Assembly (NCBI GenBank): GCA_036785375.1
Contig: JAWMAR010000069.1
Location: forward strand, 4,712,001 to 4,776,000
Reading direction: 5' to 3'
DNA length: 64,000 bases
Origin: Leucoraja ocellata
Taxonomy: Eukaryota
Shown here: in pieces, positions 40,299 to 52,727 of the stretch
How positions within the stretch are numbered: the stretch's first letter is position 1
Layout of the letters: every line of letters begins with the position of its first letter
Notes under the pieces: generated by a model
Told to the model about the DNA's origin: nothing
The model's input: the letters and a program-made list of their open reading frames with translations, nothing else
Databases searched by the model: none
Position numbers and translations under genes: made by a program

Positions 40299-40431
40299 TA
40301 AGGATCTGTCCTGCTGAGTTACTCCAGCTTCATATATTGACATTGGTTTATTATTTTCACATGAACTGAGATACGGCGAAAGGTAATTTATTTTTACTGC
40401 AACACGGTAACACTTGCCTGTTACCTGCATA

Positions 40432-40464
40432 TCTCTATAATACTAAAATTCTTTGTCGTGTGTG

Positions 40465-40550
<86 letters not shown>

Positions 40551-41418
40551 AAACTGGTTAATTTTCTCATTTTCCGATTTTCTTCCAAACACTAGGCCAC
40601 AACCTCCCCATTTTCACACAATTCTACTCAAATTTTTCACGTCGAGGCGATAAACATCTTCCCGTTGCATTCCCACCAATATTTCCAAACTTTTTAATCA
40701 TTTAAAGTTTTAAGAGCAGCTCGAAAACTCATCCATTTCGGAAAAAAAAAACCCCCAAGTGACGTTTCAATGCACTCGCAAGGCAGGACGGAACACTCCG
40801 GGAGGGACGGGCACTCCAGGCTCATGTGGCGCCCAACGCCCGATGCCCGGTGGGGAGGGTGATGCTGGAGCTGGTGTGAGGGCCAGGCCCGGGGCTTGGG
40901 ATGGGGCCATGGCCCGGGGCGAGAAAGAAGCCGCCGGTGGAACCAAGGATGAACCTGGGTCTACAGCCAGGGCCGGGTCGAGTACGAGAACCAGGCCGAG
41001 TTCCAGGCCCTGGCGCTGCTCTACGACCTGGGTAGGTCCTGGGGCAGGGAATGGGAGGAGGATGAGGGAAATGAGGTGGGAGATGGGATAGGGTCTCTAC
41101 CGTCCTCCTTCTCTGCCCCTCTCCCTCTCTACCCCCTTCCCCTCCCTCCACCCCCCTCTCTAGTCTCCCTCTCTACACCACCCCCTCCCCGTCTCTCTCT
41201 ACCCCCTCCATCCTCCCTCTCTACCCCATTCCCTCTCCCTCTCTACCCCCCCTCCCTCTCTACCCCCCTCCTCCTCCCTTTCTACTCCCCCTCCCTCTCT
41301 AGGGAGCGGTGAGTATTGGGAGTACTGGAATGTTGCGTTCGGGGACCAGCCCACCCCTGTGACGTCGTGCTCCCCCCTCCGTTGGAGGACGGGACCCAAC
41401 GGGTCCCACTTGGGCTAG
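40432..41418 (+). mobile_element. Non-autonomous Helitron
   Basis: A|TCTCTATAATACTAAA 5' end; hairpin GGGACCC-AAC-GGGTCCC at 41391-41407; CTAG|T 3' end; no TSD. Confidence 0.8.
40458..40549 (+). repeat. (GT)n microsatellite inside the Helitron
   Basis: Directly visible. Confidence 0.98.
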
Positions 41419-41554
41419 TATTAATATATATGCTCAAGTACATTGGATTTTTAAGTTGCACAGAAATGTGCCAATGTGAGTTCTTCCTATCTCTAATCTA
41501 TATAGAAATTGTAGTTTCGATTGCTGTCCGGAAACTCACGATCTACTCCAGAAG

Positions 41555-41870
41555 GAGCAGCACAATGCTGCAGCTAGTAGAGCTGCTGCCTTACAACGCC
41601 TCACTACAACAGACGTCTGGGATAGTCCTGACCTCAGTTACTGCCTGTGTGGAGTTTGCATGGTCTACCTGTAACTGTGTAGATTTCCTCCTGGTCCTCC
41701 GATTTCTCCTCATGCAGGTTTTTTGGTTAATTGAACTCTGTAAATTGCCCTTAATATGTTGAGAGTGGACGAGAAAGTGGGATAACAGGTAGTGTGAACG
41801 GGTGATCGATGGTCGGCGTGGACTCGGTGGGCCGAAGGGCCTGTTTTCCACTCTTGTGTGTCTCTAAACT
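41555..41870 (+). mobile_element. V-SINE, diverged
   Basis: Match to the SINE consensus. Confidence 0.8.
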
Positions 41871-42639
41871 GAGAGGCTTGATTGAAAATCTTGAACCACA
41901 CATTACACCCTAAAGTGTCATGGGAATCATTAGTCAATACATCTCAGCCAGGGGTTAAAAAGAGGTTTCCAACATTTGTGGTAAGAAAGAGGAATCAGCG
42001 ATGCTGAATAAATTGGCAGTGCTTTTTGCCAAAGGGCGATTCTGATCCACACACAGAACCTTCCCAACCATAGGTCAGTCTTTTATGCGTCGCAAAGTAA
42101 CCGGTTCCTTTTTAAGTTGCAGTTAGAAGTCCCTTTTGAGGCCTCGTAGTGTGAGATGAACAATGTGAAATATTCACCTACATTAAATATTATTTTAAGG
42201 CAGTATCTGAACATATGTGAAGCTGAAGCCTGAACTCTTTCTTTCACTGATCCACCTGGATTTTTTTTTTCCCAGCGTGTATTTCTCTTCCATTCCGCAG
42301 AATTATTCATGGAGTTTTATTTAAAGCTATCTCCCCTCATGGGTGAATTCAGCCCGGTGGTGTGAAATTTGTATGGCTGCCCCACTCGCGAGAGACAAAA
42401 TAATATTACAAAGGAGAAATTCTGTGGGGCAAAGTCTGCTGGAGATATTTATGCTTGGAATAAACTCCTTGAGGCAATAATCTTTTCTCTAAACGTGTTC
42501 TCGCAAACAATCAAACAGCAGCATCCTGTTTGTGTGACATCCTAACCCAGGGTTTTTGAAGCTAAAGTGAGGATTAGCTGCTTGTGAACCTGGTTTTGTA
42601 TTTATTTTGTTAGTTGGAATTTGTTTTGCGAGTGGTACT

Positions 42640-43000
42640 TGGTGGACGGGGTGAGGGGGGGCGGGAGCAGCGGGCGAGAGTGGGGCGTAGTGGGAGAGGG
42701 AAGGATACAACAGCTGCGGAGCAGCTGCCTCGGACTCCCTGCCGGGACAGAACGTAACCCTCCTCTGGGGTCAGAGTTGTGGTATGTCTGTCGCCGCGGC
42801 AACCAACCAGAGGTCTGCATTCTCTGAACAATTCTGCCTTAGAGCTGCCGCCCCAGTGTGTTCAGCAGAAGGGAAGGTGGTGTCTGTGCTGAAGGAGAAT
42901 AAGGGTAGTCTGTCCAAGAGGGGTGACGGCCCAACAAGAAAGCATTTGTTGCTGTAAACGTCCCTCATCCGCGTCACAAATATATAAGGGTTCTTTTTCC
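42640..43000. promoter_or_regulatory. Candidate regulatory element: GC-box, paired E-boxes, RFX X-box
   Basis: GGGGCGGG near 42657; CAGCTG at 42711 and 42722; GTCGCC-GC-GGCAAC at 42790-42803; lies in a 1.3-kb interval with no recognisable TE. Confidence 0.35.
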
Positions 43001-43247
43001 CAAAACATCCACCATTGGTTTCAGCTTCAAAGAAAAAAGTCGTCTGCCTTATTTCTTTTCCTCAGTTCTTCATCTGTTTCCTGCCTTCTTTTGTTTTTGA
43101 ACTCCTTTTCTCTCTACGCTGACATTTCTTCTTGCTCAGCAATGATGCAGGGTTTGTGTTTGGGGAGGGCAGGGAGTGGCGTTTTTGGTATTCAGGTGAA
43201 TTGCACACAAATGTAAAAACAGTCACCTTTCAGCAGTTCTTGCTGCC

Positions 43248-43540
43248 TCGCACGGTGGTGCAGCGGTAGAGTTGCTGCCTTACTGCTCCAGAGACCCGGG
43301 TTCCATCCTGACTACCGGTGCTGTCTGTATGGAGTTTGTACATTCTCTCCGTGACCTGCTTGGGTTTTCTCCGGGTGCTCCGGTTTCCTCTCACACTCCA
43401 AACACGTACAGGTTTGTAAGTTAATTGACTTGGTATAATTGCATGTGTGGGACAGTGTTAGTGTGTGGGGATCGCTGGTCGGCAACGACAAGGTGGACTG
43501 AAGGGCCTGTTTCTGCCCCATATCTCTAAACTAAACTAAA
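43248..43540 (+). mobile_element. V-SINE
   Basis: Match to the SINE consensus. Confidence 0.9.
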
Positions 43541-44809
43541 TTAAACTGCTGCTCCTTCGCTGGTACCCATAGCACGGTTGACGGACTTTCTGCGCAGCGA
43601 TGAAAGGTTGGAGGATGAACCCAAGTTGCAGGAAATCGAAGGAGCCATCTTGGCATGAGATTTTAACTTGCTTTCCCACTGCCTCAAGATCACTGGTGGA
43701 GTGGCAGTGGTGGATGATTACCTGTTGGCATCTAGAGAGAAGGCAACAGACCTGTGTTTTGTGATCCACTGGTGTCATTAATGATCAGAGTATAACTTTG
43801 CCCCATCCGGGTCATTCCTTCTTTCCCCTGCACCCATCAGGCAAAAGGTACAGAAGCTTGAAAGAGAGCATCACCAGACTCCGTTTTACTGGACTGTTAT
43901 CTTGCACTAAACGTTATTCCCTTTACCCTGTATCTGTACACTATGGAAGGCTTGATTGTAATCATGGATAGTATTTCCGCTGAGTGTATAGCACGCAGCA
44001 AAAAGCTTTTCACTGTACCTCGGAACAAGTGACAATAAACTAAACTAAACTAAGCTTGTGTGTCAGAAGGAACTGCAGATGCTGGTTTAAACCGTTGTGG
44101 GTCGCGCAAATGACGCCCAAGTGGGACAGGCCCTTCAGTCACCTTTACCCCATTGCAGACATTGGACTTTGTCTATTAGACCAGGTGCACTACAATGCTG
44201 AGAACTATATTTTGCATCTGCTCTATCTATTGTATTTGAGTTTGACTGGATTGCATGTATGTACAGTATTATCTGATTTGATTGGATTGCATGCACAACA
44301 AATCTATTCACTCTACCTCGGTACACGTGACAATAATAAACCTAAACCTAATCTGTACTGTTGTGGTTCCATTACATTGCCTTTTAAACTTTTTAATTCA
44401 GCTTTGAACAGAAAAAGTTGAATTTTAATTTCAGCTGTCATTACGGAGACATTGGGTGACGGGATGTTGTAACATCAGGCACTTCATTCACATAGTTGTA
44501 TCTACAAGCGTTTAGATGGAGCTGCCCACTACTTTCAAGCGAGGAGAGGTGGCCTTCGATGTTCTATTGGTTGTGGCTACCAAATGTCCCCATATTCTTT
44601 AACACCAAGTGCCCCTTTTGACGGCCATCACAATACATCATGTGTTTCACTGAAGAGAGCCTGGGATGTGGGGTGGCAAAAGGTGCCTGCGACTTGTCGC
44701 AGAGCCGAACGACCTGGTAGTCGGGCCGCAGTGGTTGGGCCGAGGACCGGCTGCGAATATGCGCACGGGCCCCGCCACCGAGAACAAAGACAGGCCAACG
44801 TGACCAACA

Positions 44810-45030
44810 TCAGTCTGAAGAAGGGTCTCGACCCGAGACGTTGCCTATTTCCTTTGCTCCATAGATGCTGCCTCACCCGCTGAGTTTCTCCAGCATTTTT
44901 GCCTACCAACATGACTCCAATAAGGTCTCGAACCAAAAACGTCCTAAAGGGTCTCAACCCGAAACGTCACCCATTCCTTCTCTCCAGAGATGCTGCCTGT
45001 CCCGCTGAGTTACTCCAGCATTTTGTGTCT
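44810..45030 (+). mobile_element. Two tandem Penelope pseudo-LTR hammerhead repeats
   Basis: CTGAAGAAGGGTCTCGACCCGAGACGTT at 44815 and AAGGGTCTCAACCCGAAACGTC at 44947. Confidence 0.75.
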
Positions 45031-45899
45031 CTTATCTATGGCTCTAATGAATACTTTTGTAACTTTGTTGCTGTCAGAAACATGCCGACCCTTTGTGTAC
45101 TTTATGTGTTGTACGCAAAAACAAAAAATGTCACTTCACCTAGATACATGTGACAACAAGGTATAATTGAATCAGGTTCCTATTCTAGAATATCTCATCA
45201 AAGTCTTCATCTGAATCCTCTGGTGGAACTCCTTTCTCCAGGCGCCTACTGTGTGTCTTCTCCCTGGCTTGGTTGCAGGCTTTTTATACTTGACTGAGCA
45301 TGTGGAAATTGACCTCTGTATGCAGCCATAGTATCTAAGCTGATGCCAAGGTAAACCTGGATGTTGGGAGCACTATTCCCAGATTTATTATCATCATATA
45401 ATCACTGCTTTCTTGCTGCACTTTATCAGGCTTGCCCCGGGGTAACGAAGTAAAACGGAAGGACTGCGGGTAACAGTGCAGAGGGGGATGATCATTCACC
45501 TTCACTTAATATTTCTGCAGTCGGCAGCTTGTATCGGGAGGAGACACAAGAGTGCTGCAGATGCTGTAATGTGGAGCAAAAAAGGCAAACAGCTGGAAGG
45601 ATTAGGGATCAAGCTGCTTCTGTGGAGGCCAAGTTGTGGCGGTTGTTTTAAGTGGAGATCCCACATCAGGACAGAGAGCATCGAGGGAGGATGGCCAATT
45701 TCTAGAAGCGAGCGGGAGGGATGAGTCAGAGGCTGGCAGGTGATGGGTGGAAACAGATAAAGGAGGGACGATGGGGAGATGAGGACGGGATAGGAAGAAG
45801 GAACCAACGGCAAGAAAAAGCAGAAGTGAATGGGTATGTGTGAGATGCATAGATGGAACCAGCTGGAACAACTACCCCCACCCAACAGTATTTGGTCCA

Positions 45900-47690
45900 C
45901 TGCTTTACAAGTACACATCCAGGCACTTTCAGGGGGCGAGTTCCAGACTCCGATTGCCCCCCCCCCCCTCCAATTGAAAGAAATGCTTCCATTAATCCTT
46001 CTACTGATCACTTTAAATCTGATCGTTTTTTCACTTCCCCGGGGACGCGCGCCCTGAGGGGAAGTGATATGCAAATGATATGCAAATAGAAATCCCATTC
46101 GCCAGGACAGATATTTATAAGAACTCATTCTTTGTAAGAACCTTAAGGGAATGGAATAAACGAGACAACAATGTAGTCAAATCACCTTCACTGGACAGTT
46201 TTAATGGGGCACTACCAGCACGTTAGTATGCACAACACGTCCAAGTTGGCGATATGCAGAGCACTGCCCTGCCGACTACAAATTCAGATGGTTCAGAAGG
46301 TATTCTTTGATCCCTCTGCCAAGGGAAATGTATCTTCCTGCTTCGTGGTCGGCCCACAAATGTTTATGGACTTATCTTTCCTCAGCCTCCCCCATACAAA
46401 TGACCCCATCCTATCCAAATCTTTCCTCAGAGCTAACGTCCAGGTAACATCCTCGCAAATCTTCTCTGCAGTGGCCATAGTGCAATTACATCTTAACCAT
46501 GCTATAGTGATCAAAACTTTACACAGTGCCGCATATAGTTCCAACAAAAACATCCTTTGTTTGATGTTCAGTGCTTCCACTAATAAGGTAAAGCATCCCA
46601 TGTTCCCCTTTAACCATCTTATCTCTTTGTCTTTTAGACTTCAGAGACACAGTGCAGAAATAGGCTCTTTGGCCCACCACGTCCATGTTGGCCAGCGATC
46701 ACCCCACACACTAGCATTATCCTACACACTGGGAACAATTTACAATTTTGACAATGCCTATACCTGAAAATCTTTGGAATGTGGGAGGAAACCAGAACTC
46801 CTGCAGAAAACCCATGTGGTCACAGGGAGAATGTACAAACTCCATACAGACAGCACTCGCAGCAGTCAGGATCGAACCTGGGTCTGTGGTGCTGTAAGGC
46901 AGCAACTCTACCGCTGAGCCACTGTACCGCCTTGTCTTGCAGCCTTTGAATAACCATATTCTTCAAGGTCTCTTTGTTTCTCTACACTTTTCAATATCCT
47001 CCCATTTAATGTATTTCCCCCCTCCCTGCCTTCCTGCATCTTCCTAAAAATCTTGCTTGAAATTTTTCTGGATTGTGGGCCAACAATGAAGCAGGAAGAT
47101 ACATTTCCCTCAGCAAGGGGGATCAAAGCATAGATTTAAAGTAATTAGCAGAGGATTAATGGAAGCGTTTCTTTCAATGGGAGGGCAGTCGGAGTCTGGA
47201 ACTCACCACCTAAAAGTGTCACTTTTCTGCAAAACGTATCAGAACTAATTTGAATTTTGCTGAAATGGAGAACATTTATTTTCCTCAACCAAGTAGTTGT
47301 TTTTTTGCATCATCTGGAAACTTCTTTATTGTGCTCTCTACGTATAAGTTTAAATTATTAACATATGCAACAAAAAAGCAAAGTGCTGAGAGCCTTGTGG
47401 AACCCCACTGGTAAAAGCCTTCCAGTCACACAAATACCCGGTAATCATTACCCATTGCTTCCTGCATTGAGCCAAATCTTGAATCCAAGTTGCCATTCTG
47501 TCTTGGATCCCCTGCACCTTTAATCTTGTGACCAGAATGCCAAACAGGGCCATGTGTAAAACTTCCTGGAAATCGATGGAGATCACATCAAACACAATGT
47601 GTTCATTGTTCCTGCTTGTTCTAAAAAAAATCAAATGGCAAATATGACCTTCCCTTAGCAAATCCACCCAGCATCTTTCCAAATGAAGCT
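45900..47690 (-). mobile_element. Old rearranged CR1 with nested LINE tail (46022-46297, +) and V-SINE (46632-46932, -)
   Basis: Remnants SGVPQGS, LNGRILKSVEKQRDL and FKVISRRING..GVWNS. The nested piece encodes EIPFARTDIYKNSFFVRTLREWN. Confidence 0.7.
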
Positions 47691-47869
47691 TTATACTGAT
47701 TAGATTAGTATATTGTCATATACATCAGCGTGCAAGGAAATTCCTTGTTCGCATGAAGCTCAGAGCAACGAGTATAGAGTAGTAAAAGATACAAAAATAA
47801 AATCAACAAAGAATTCAAATGGTGCAAAGATTTTAATGCAATCTGATGTGCAAAAATATTAAAGTATAT

Positions 47870-48220
47870 TTTGGGGTGATCTTATAGAGGTGCATAAGGT
47901 CATGAAGGGAATAGATAAGTTAAATTCACAGAGTCTTCTTCCAAGGGGAATGAAGAACCAGACATAGGTTTAAGGTGAGAGTTAATAGGGATCTGAGGGG
48001 AAGCTTTTTCACACAGAAGGTTGTGGGTATATGGAGTGAGCTGCCAGAGGTAGGTGCTATTACAACATTTAAGACATTTGGACATGGTGTGGATAGGAAA
48101 AGTTTAGAGGGATATGGGTCAAATATGGACAGGTGCGACTAGTGTAGGTGGGGCATTGTTGGTCAGTGTGGGCAAGTTGAGCCAAATGGCCTGTTTCCAT
48201 GTTGCATGACTCGATTACTC
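47870..48220 (+). mobile_element. CR1 3' fragment
   Basis: GDLIEV.K.MKGIDK coding remnant and CR1 tail. Confidence 0.8.
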
Positions 48221-48279
48221 TAAATACAATAACATAATAACTGAATGAGATAGAATTAAGAGTATGCAAAGGTGATGTT

Positions 48280-49240
48280 AAATTGGTGATTGGTTCAGGA
48301 GTTTAACAGCAGTGGGGAAGAAACTGTGCTTAAGTTTGGCAGAGTCGACTTGATGGGCTGAATGGCCTAATTCTGCTCCTATCACTTATGATTTTATGAC
48401 TTTTAAACTCCTATATCTTCTCGAAGGGTGACAGGCATCCTTGACAGTACTCCCACCCTTCCTGATGCAACTCACTATGTTGATGTACTAGATGGAAGGA
48501 AGTGATGAGCCTGTGATTGGCTGGGCTGAGTTTACCACTCTCTGTAGATTCAGATGGTGCGGAGCAGTTGCCACACCAGGCTGAGATGTATCCTGGCAAA
48601 ATACTTTTTATAGCGCATGCATGGAGATTCGAGGGAATCCTTGTGGTCATGTTGAACCTTCTTGGACGCTGCACTGTCTTGGCCTCCGCTTAGTTGACGA
48701 GGAGACCAGGTTAGGTGGCTGGTGATATGGATGCCAAGGAAGTTGAAGCTATTGACCATCTCTGCACCAGCTCCCATTATTGGACTCGCTTGTGTTCATC
48801 ACCTAATTTGCAAATGTTCCCGTGGTGTGCAGGATAGTGTTAGTGTATGGGGATCACTAGTTAGTGAGAACTTGGTGGGCCAGAGGGCCTGTTTCCGCAC
48901 TGTATCTCTAAAGTCTAAAAGCTTCATTCACCAAATAGCATTCTGACATAGGTGTTCTTCTTGTCAGGGTGACCCAGGGCGTAATGTTGTGAGTGGGAGA
49001 CGCCGTCATCTGTACATATAATTTTCTTGCACGGGGTCTAGATTGCGGGGATGACTGGTGCAGATATTGGCCATTACCAATCTTTCAAAGCACTTCATCA
49101 TGGTCGGTGTTGGAGCTATTGGGCAGTAGTCATTGAAACTAAAAAGTCATTTACTTTTCTTTGGAACTGAAATGATGAAGATTTCTTTGGTGCAGATGGA
49201 GACAGTAGACTGGAGAAGTGATGGTTCGAAGACTGTGGTC
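48280..49240 (-). mobile_element. Degenerate Rex1 fragments
   Basis: VNSFNFLGIHITSHLTW and NDYCPIAPTPTMMKCF remnants. Confidence 0.7.
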
Positions 49241-49414
49241 GTGTCACTCAGAATTAGATCTGATCACTTGCCCAGCACTGATTGGATTAACAGACGTGTA
49301 ATCGCTTGAATTAGCTCCTTTGAAACAGCAATTTAATATGATCAGTCCTCCAATGCTCTGTGGCCAGGTTGATGAAAAATTGTTCAGAGCCAAGGCAAAT
49401 TTAAGTTTAGCTTA

Positions 49415-50105
49415 AAACGAAGGCAGACACAAAATGCTTGAGTAACTCAATGGGACCGGCAGCATCTCTGGAGAGAGGTAATGGGTGAGTTTTCGGGCTG
49501 AGACCCTTCTTCAGACTGATGTCAGGGTGGTACGTGGGATAGCGATAGAATGTAGTCGGAGACAGTAAAAGGCCTGTCCCACTGTACGAGGTAATTCAAG
49601 AGCTCTCCTGAGTTTAAAAAAAATCAAACTCGTGTTAAGTACGTAGAATGTACGTAGCGGCTACGTCGGAGCTCGTGGATGTCACGTAGCGGCTCGTAAT
49701 TCTAACGGCAGGTACTCGGGAAACGCGGTAACTTGTGAAGTTTATTTCAGCACTGTGAAATATGTCCACGAGAGCCCCGAACACCTACGAATGGCTATTA
49801 CCGTAATTCTCCGAGTTCGAATCAGGGGAAATTGAATTACCTCGCACACTGTGGCAGGCCCTTAGGACTGGTGGGAGAACTGTGAGGGGATGGAGAGAGA
49901 GGGAAAACAAGGGCTCTTTGAAGTTAGAGAAGTCAATGTTCATACCGCTGGGGTATAAATTGCCCGAGCAAAATATGAGGTGCTGTTCCTCCAATTTATG
50001 CTAGGCCTCACTCTGACATTGGAGGAGGCCCCGGACAGAAAGATCAGATTGGGAATGGGAGGGGGAGTTGAAGTGCTGAGCCACTGGGAGATCAGGTAGG
50101 TTAAG
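49415..50105 (-). mobile_element. Penelope 3' end (GIY-YIG C-terminus and hammerhead pLTR) with nested Harbinger MITE (49569-49862)
   Basis: EEQHLIFCSGNLYPSGMNIDFSNFK upstream of the repeat; MITE TIR GGCCTGTCCCACTGTA. Confidence 0.8.
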
Positions 50106-50231
50106 ACGGAGGGCTTTAAGACCTTCCGAGTGGGAGATGGAGGTGTAGAGTGACTATAGTCACTCTCTCTCCATAGTGAAGATGAGGGAATGGGGACCTG
50201 GAAAACTGAATTTTTGACACCGTAGATGAAA

Positions 50232-50530
50232 TTTAGTTTAATTAAGTTTAGTTTAGTTTAGAGAAACAGCACGGAAACTGGCCCTACAGTCCACCGAGTC
50301 CATGCCGACCAGCGATCCCCGCACAATAACACTATCTTATCTAGGGGACATTTTTACAATTTTACCAAGCCTCCAAACCAGTACGTCTTTGGATTGTGGG
50401 AAGAAACCGGAGAAATCACACGTAGGTCACGGGGTGAACGTACTAATTCGGTACAGACAGTACCCGTAGTCGGGATTGAACACGCGTATCTGGCGCTGTA
50501 ACGCAGCAGCTCCACTGCTGTGCCACCATG
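50232..50530 (-). mobile_element. V-SINE
   Basis: Match to the SINE consensus. Confidence 0.85.
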
Positions 50531-50799
50531 CCGGATCAGTCTAACCGTCTAGTGTTTTATTTCATCCAGGTTTGTCGATTAATCCACTTGAAAGATGCTA
50601 ATCTTTTTGACACATCCTCTTTCACTCATTGTTTGGCTCGGATTAGCAACCACATGTCCCTCCACAGAAGCACGACGGCACCCCCCCCCTCCCCCCCCAC
50701 CCCCCCCCCCCCCCCCACCACCCCCCCCCCCCCCCCCCACCACTGGCCAGACCCATCCACCAGCCTAATCGAATCACCTGAAGAAGTGTCTCGAACAAA

Positions 50800-51166
50800 A
50801 TTCTTAAGGGGTTGGACAGGCTAGATGCAGGAAGATTGTTTCCAATGTTGGGGAGGTCCAGACCAAGGGGTCACAGTTTAAGGATAAAGGGGAAATCTTT
50901 TAGGACTGAGATGAGAAAAACATTTTTTTACACAGAGTGGTGAATCTCTGGAATTCTCTGCCACAGAATGTAGTTGAAGCAAGTTTATTGGCTATATTTA
51001 AGAGGGAGTTAGATGTGGCCCTTGTGGCTAAAGGGATCAGGGGATATGGAGAGAAAGCAGGTCCAGGATACGGAGTTGGATGATCAGCCATGATCATATT
51101 GAATGGCGGTGCAGGCTCGAAGGGCTGAATGGCCTACTCCTGCACCTATTTTCTATGTTTCTATGT
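50800..51166 (+). mobile_element. CR1 3' end, young
   Basis: Closely matches the reverse complement of 14335-14700; (TTCTATGT)n tail. Confidence 0.92.
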
Positions 51167-52727
51167 TACTCCAGCACTCCAGGTTTTAGTCACCTTTGGA
51201 CTGGCTGACCAGGTGATGTATTATCTCTCCTGAAAATATACAGGGTTTGCTCAACTGATTTGCACCAGGGACTAATGGCTATTAAGGTGATTGTCAACCT
51301 ATTGTGACTGGACCCGTTGATATTCTTTTATCAGTGGCATATCCCAAGGGAAGGGGAATCTAAAACTAGAGAACATGGATTTAAAGTGAGGGGGAAAAGA
51401 TTTAAGGGCATCCTGAGGGGTGACTTTCTCACACAGGATAGATGTATCGAGCTGGCAGAGGAAGTAGTAGTGGTGCAGGCTGATACAATCATAACATTTT
51501 AAAGACGTGTGGACAGGTACATTGATGGTAATGATTTAGATGGACATGGGCCAAACACAGGCAACTGAGACCAGCTCAGGTAGGCTACTTGGTCAACACA
51601 TACAAGTTGGGCCAAAGGGCCTCTTTCTACGCTGCACAACTCTTTGACTTGGAACATGATGAGAACATTCTGAAGCTCTAAATCAGGCAGGCACATTCAC
51701 TTGTGTAGGAAAGAACTGCAGATGCTGGATTTCAATGGAAAGTAGACACAAAATGCTGGAGTAACTCAGCGGAACAGGCAGCATATCTGGCGAGAAGGAA
51801 GGGGTGACTTTTTAGGTCGAGACCCTTCTTCAGACTGAGATGCTGCCTGTCCCGCTGAGTTGCTCCAGCATTTTATAACCATAATAACTTCATGTCCATA
51901 AAGAGAGATGAGATGGCCATTTAGTTTAAAGTACAGGTGGCTGAGGGGAAGTCACCTGTATTTTCCTTTCATAAGAAACCTGTCCAACTGCTTTGCGGGC
52001 TATGAACTGAATTGAGGGAAGAACAGAAAATGCTGGATTGAATCAGTTGGCCAGGCACCCCGCATGGAGAGAGGACCAGATTTAATAGTTCAGGTCGCTA
52101 ACCTTTCCACCAGACGAGAGGAAAATGTATAACTCATTTTAACACCAAATCCTAGGTTGTAAGAGGAGATTAAAAAACAACAACTGGCCACTCTATGAAG
52201 AGATTAAATAACAAGAGACAATAGCGTGAGGCTACATGGGGTGTTAATGAGCTGTAGAGTACAAAATATTGGACTGGAAGAAACACATGGCAATAATTAC
52301 CTGGTGTTTCTCTCTGTAAAGTTGGAGCAGTGCTCATCACCTGAAAATACTGAACTTAGCTTTGTATCAAAAATGCAACAAAGTGGTTTCTACTTGTCAT
52401 TGGTACATCTTGAAAAAATAAACGAGGCATGATATAAAGCCTCATTACATTTTTTATGGTATCCAATGGATGGATTTCAAAATGTTTTGATTCTGCACAA
52501 CCTCTTCCCAGTCCAACCAATGTTTGATTAAATAATCTTTAGAAATGGCGCATATTTCAGTCATATTGGCCATGGTTCCAAAACATTCTATACCTCTCAT
52601 CTTTGCAACCTATTTCTTTAAATCGGAATTGCTTGTATGAGATGAGGACGCCTGGTTGAGATCATGCAAAAGGTTGAAGAGTGACACAGTGGTGATCTCT
52701 GGTGCTGCTTGTGTGGAGTTAGCACGC

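Noticed and set aside
46031-46087. Tandem octamer (ATGCAAAT x2) with inverted ETS sites, suggesting an enhancer
   Set aside because: It lies inside the coding remnant of a nested LINE (RALRGSDMQ..IEIPFARTDIYKNSFF). The doubling is an 11-bp slippage duplication.
50678-50740. Poly-C tract encoding polyproline
   Set aside because: Low-complexity homopolymer with no evidence of coding.
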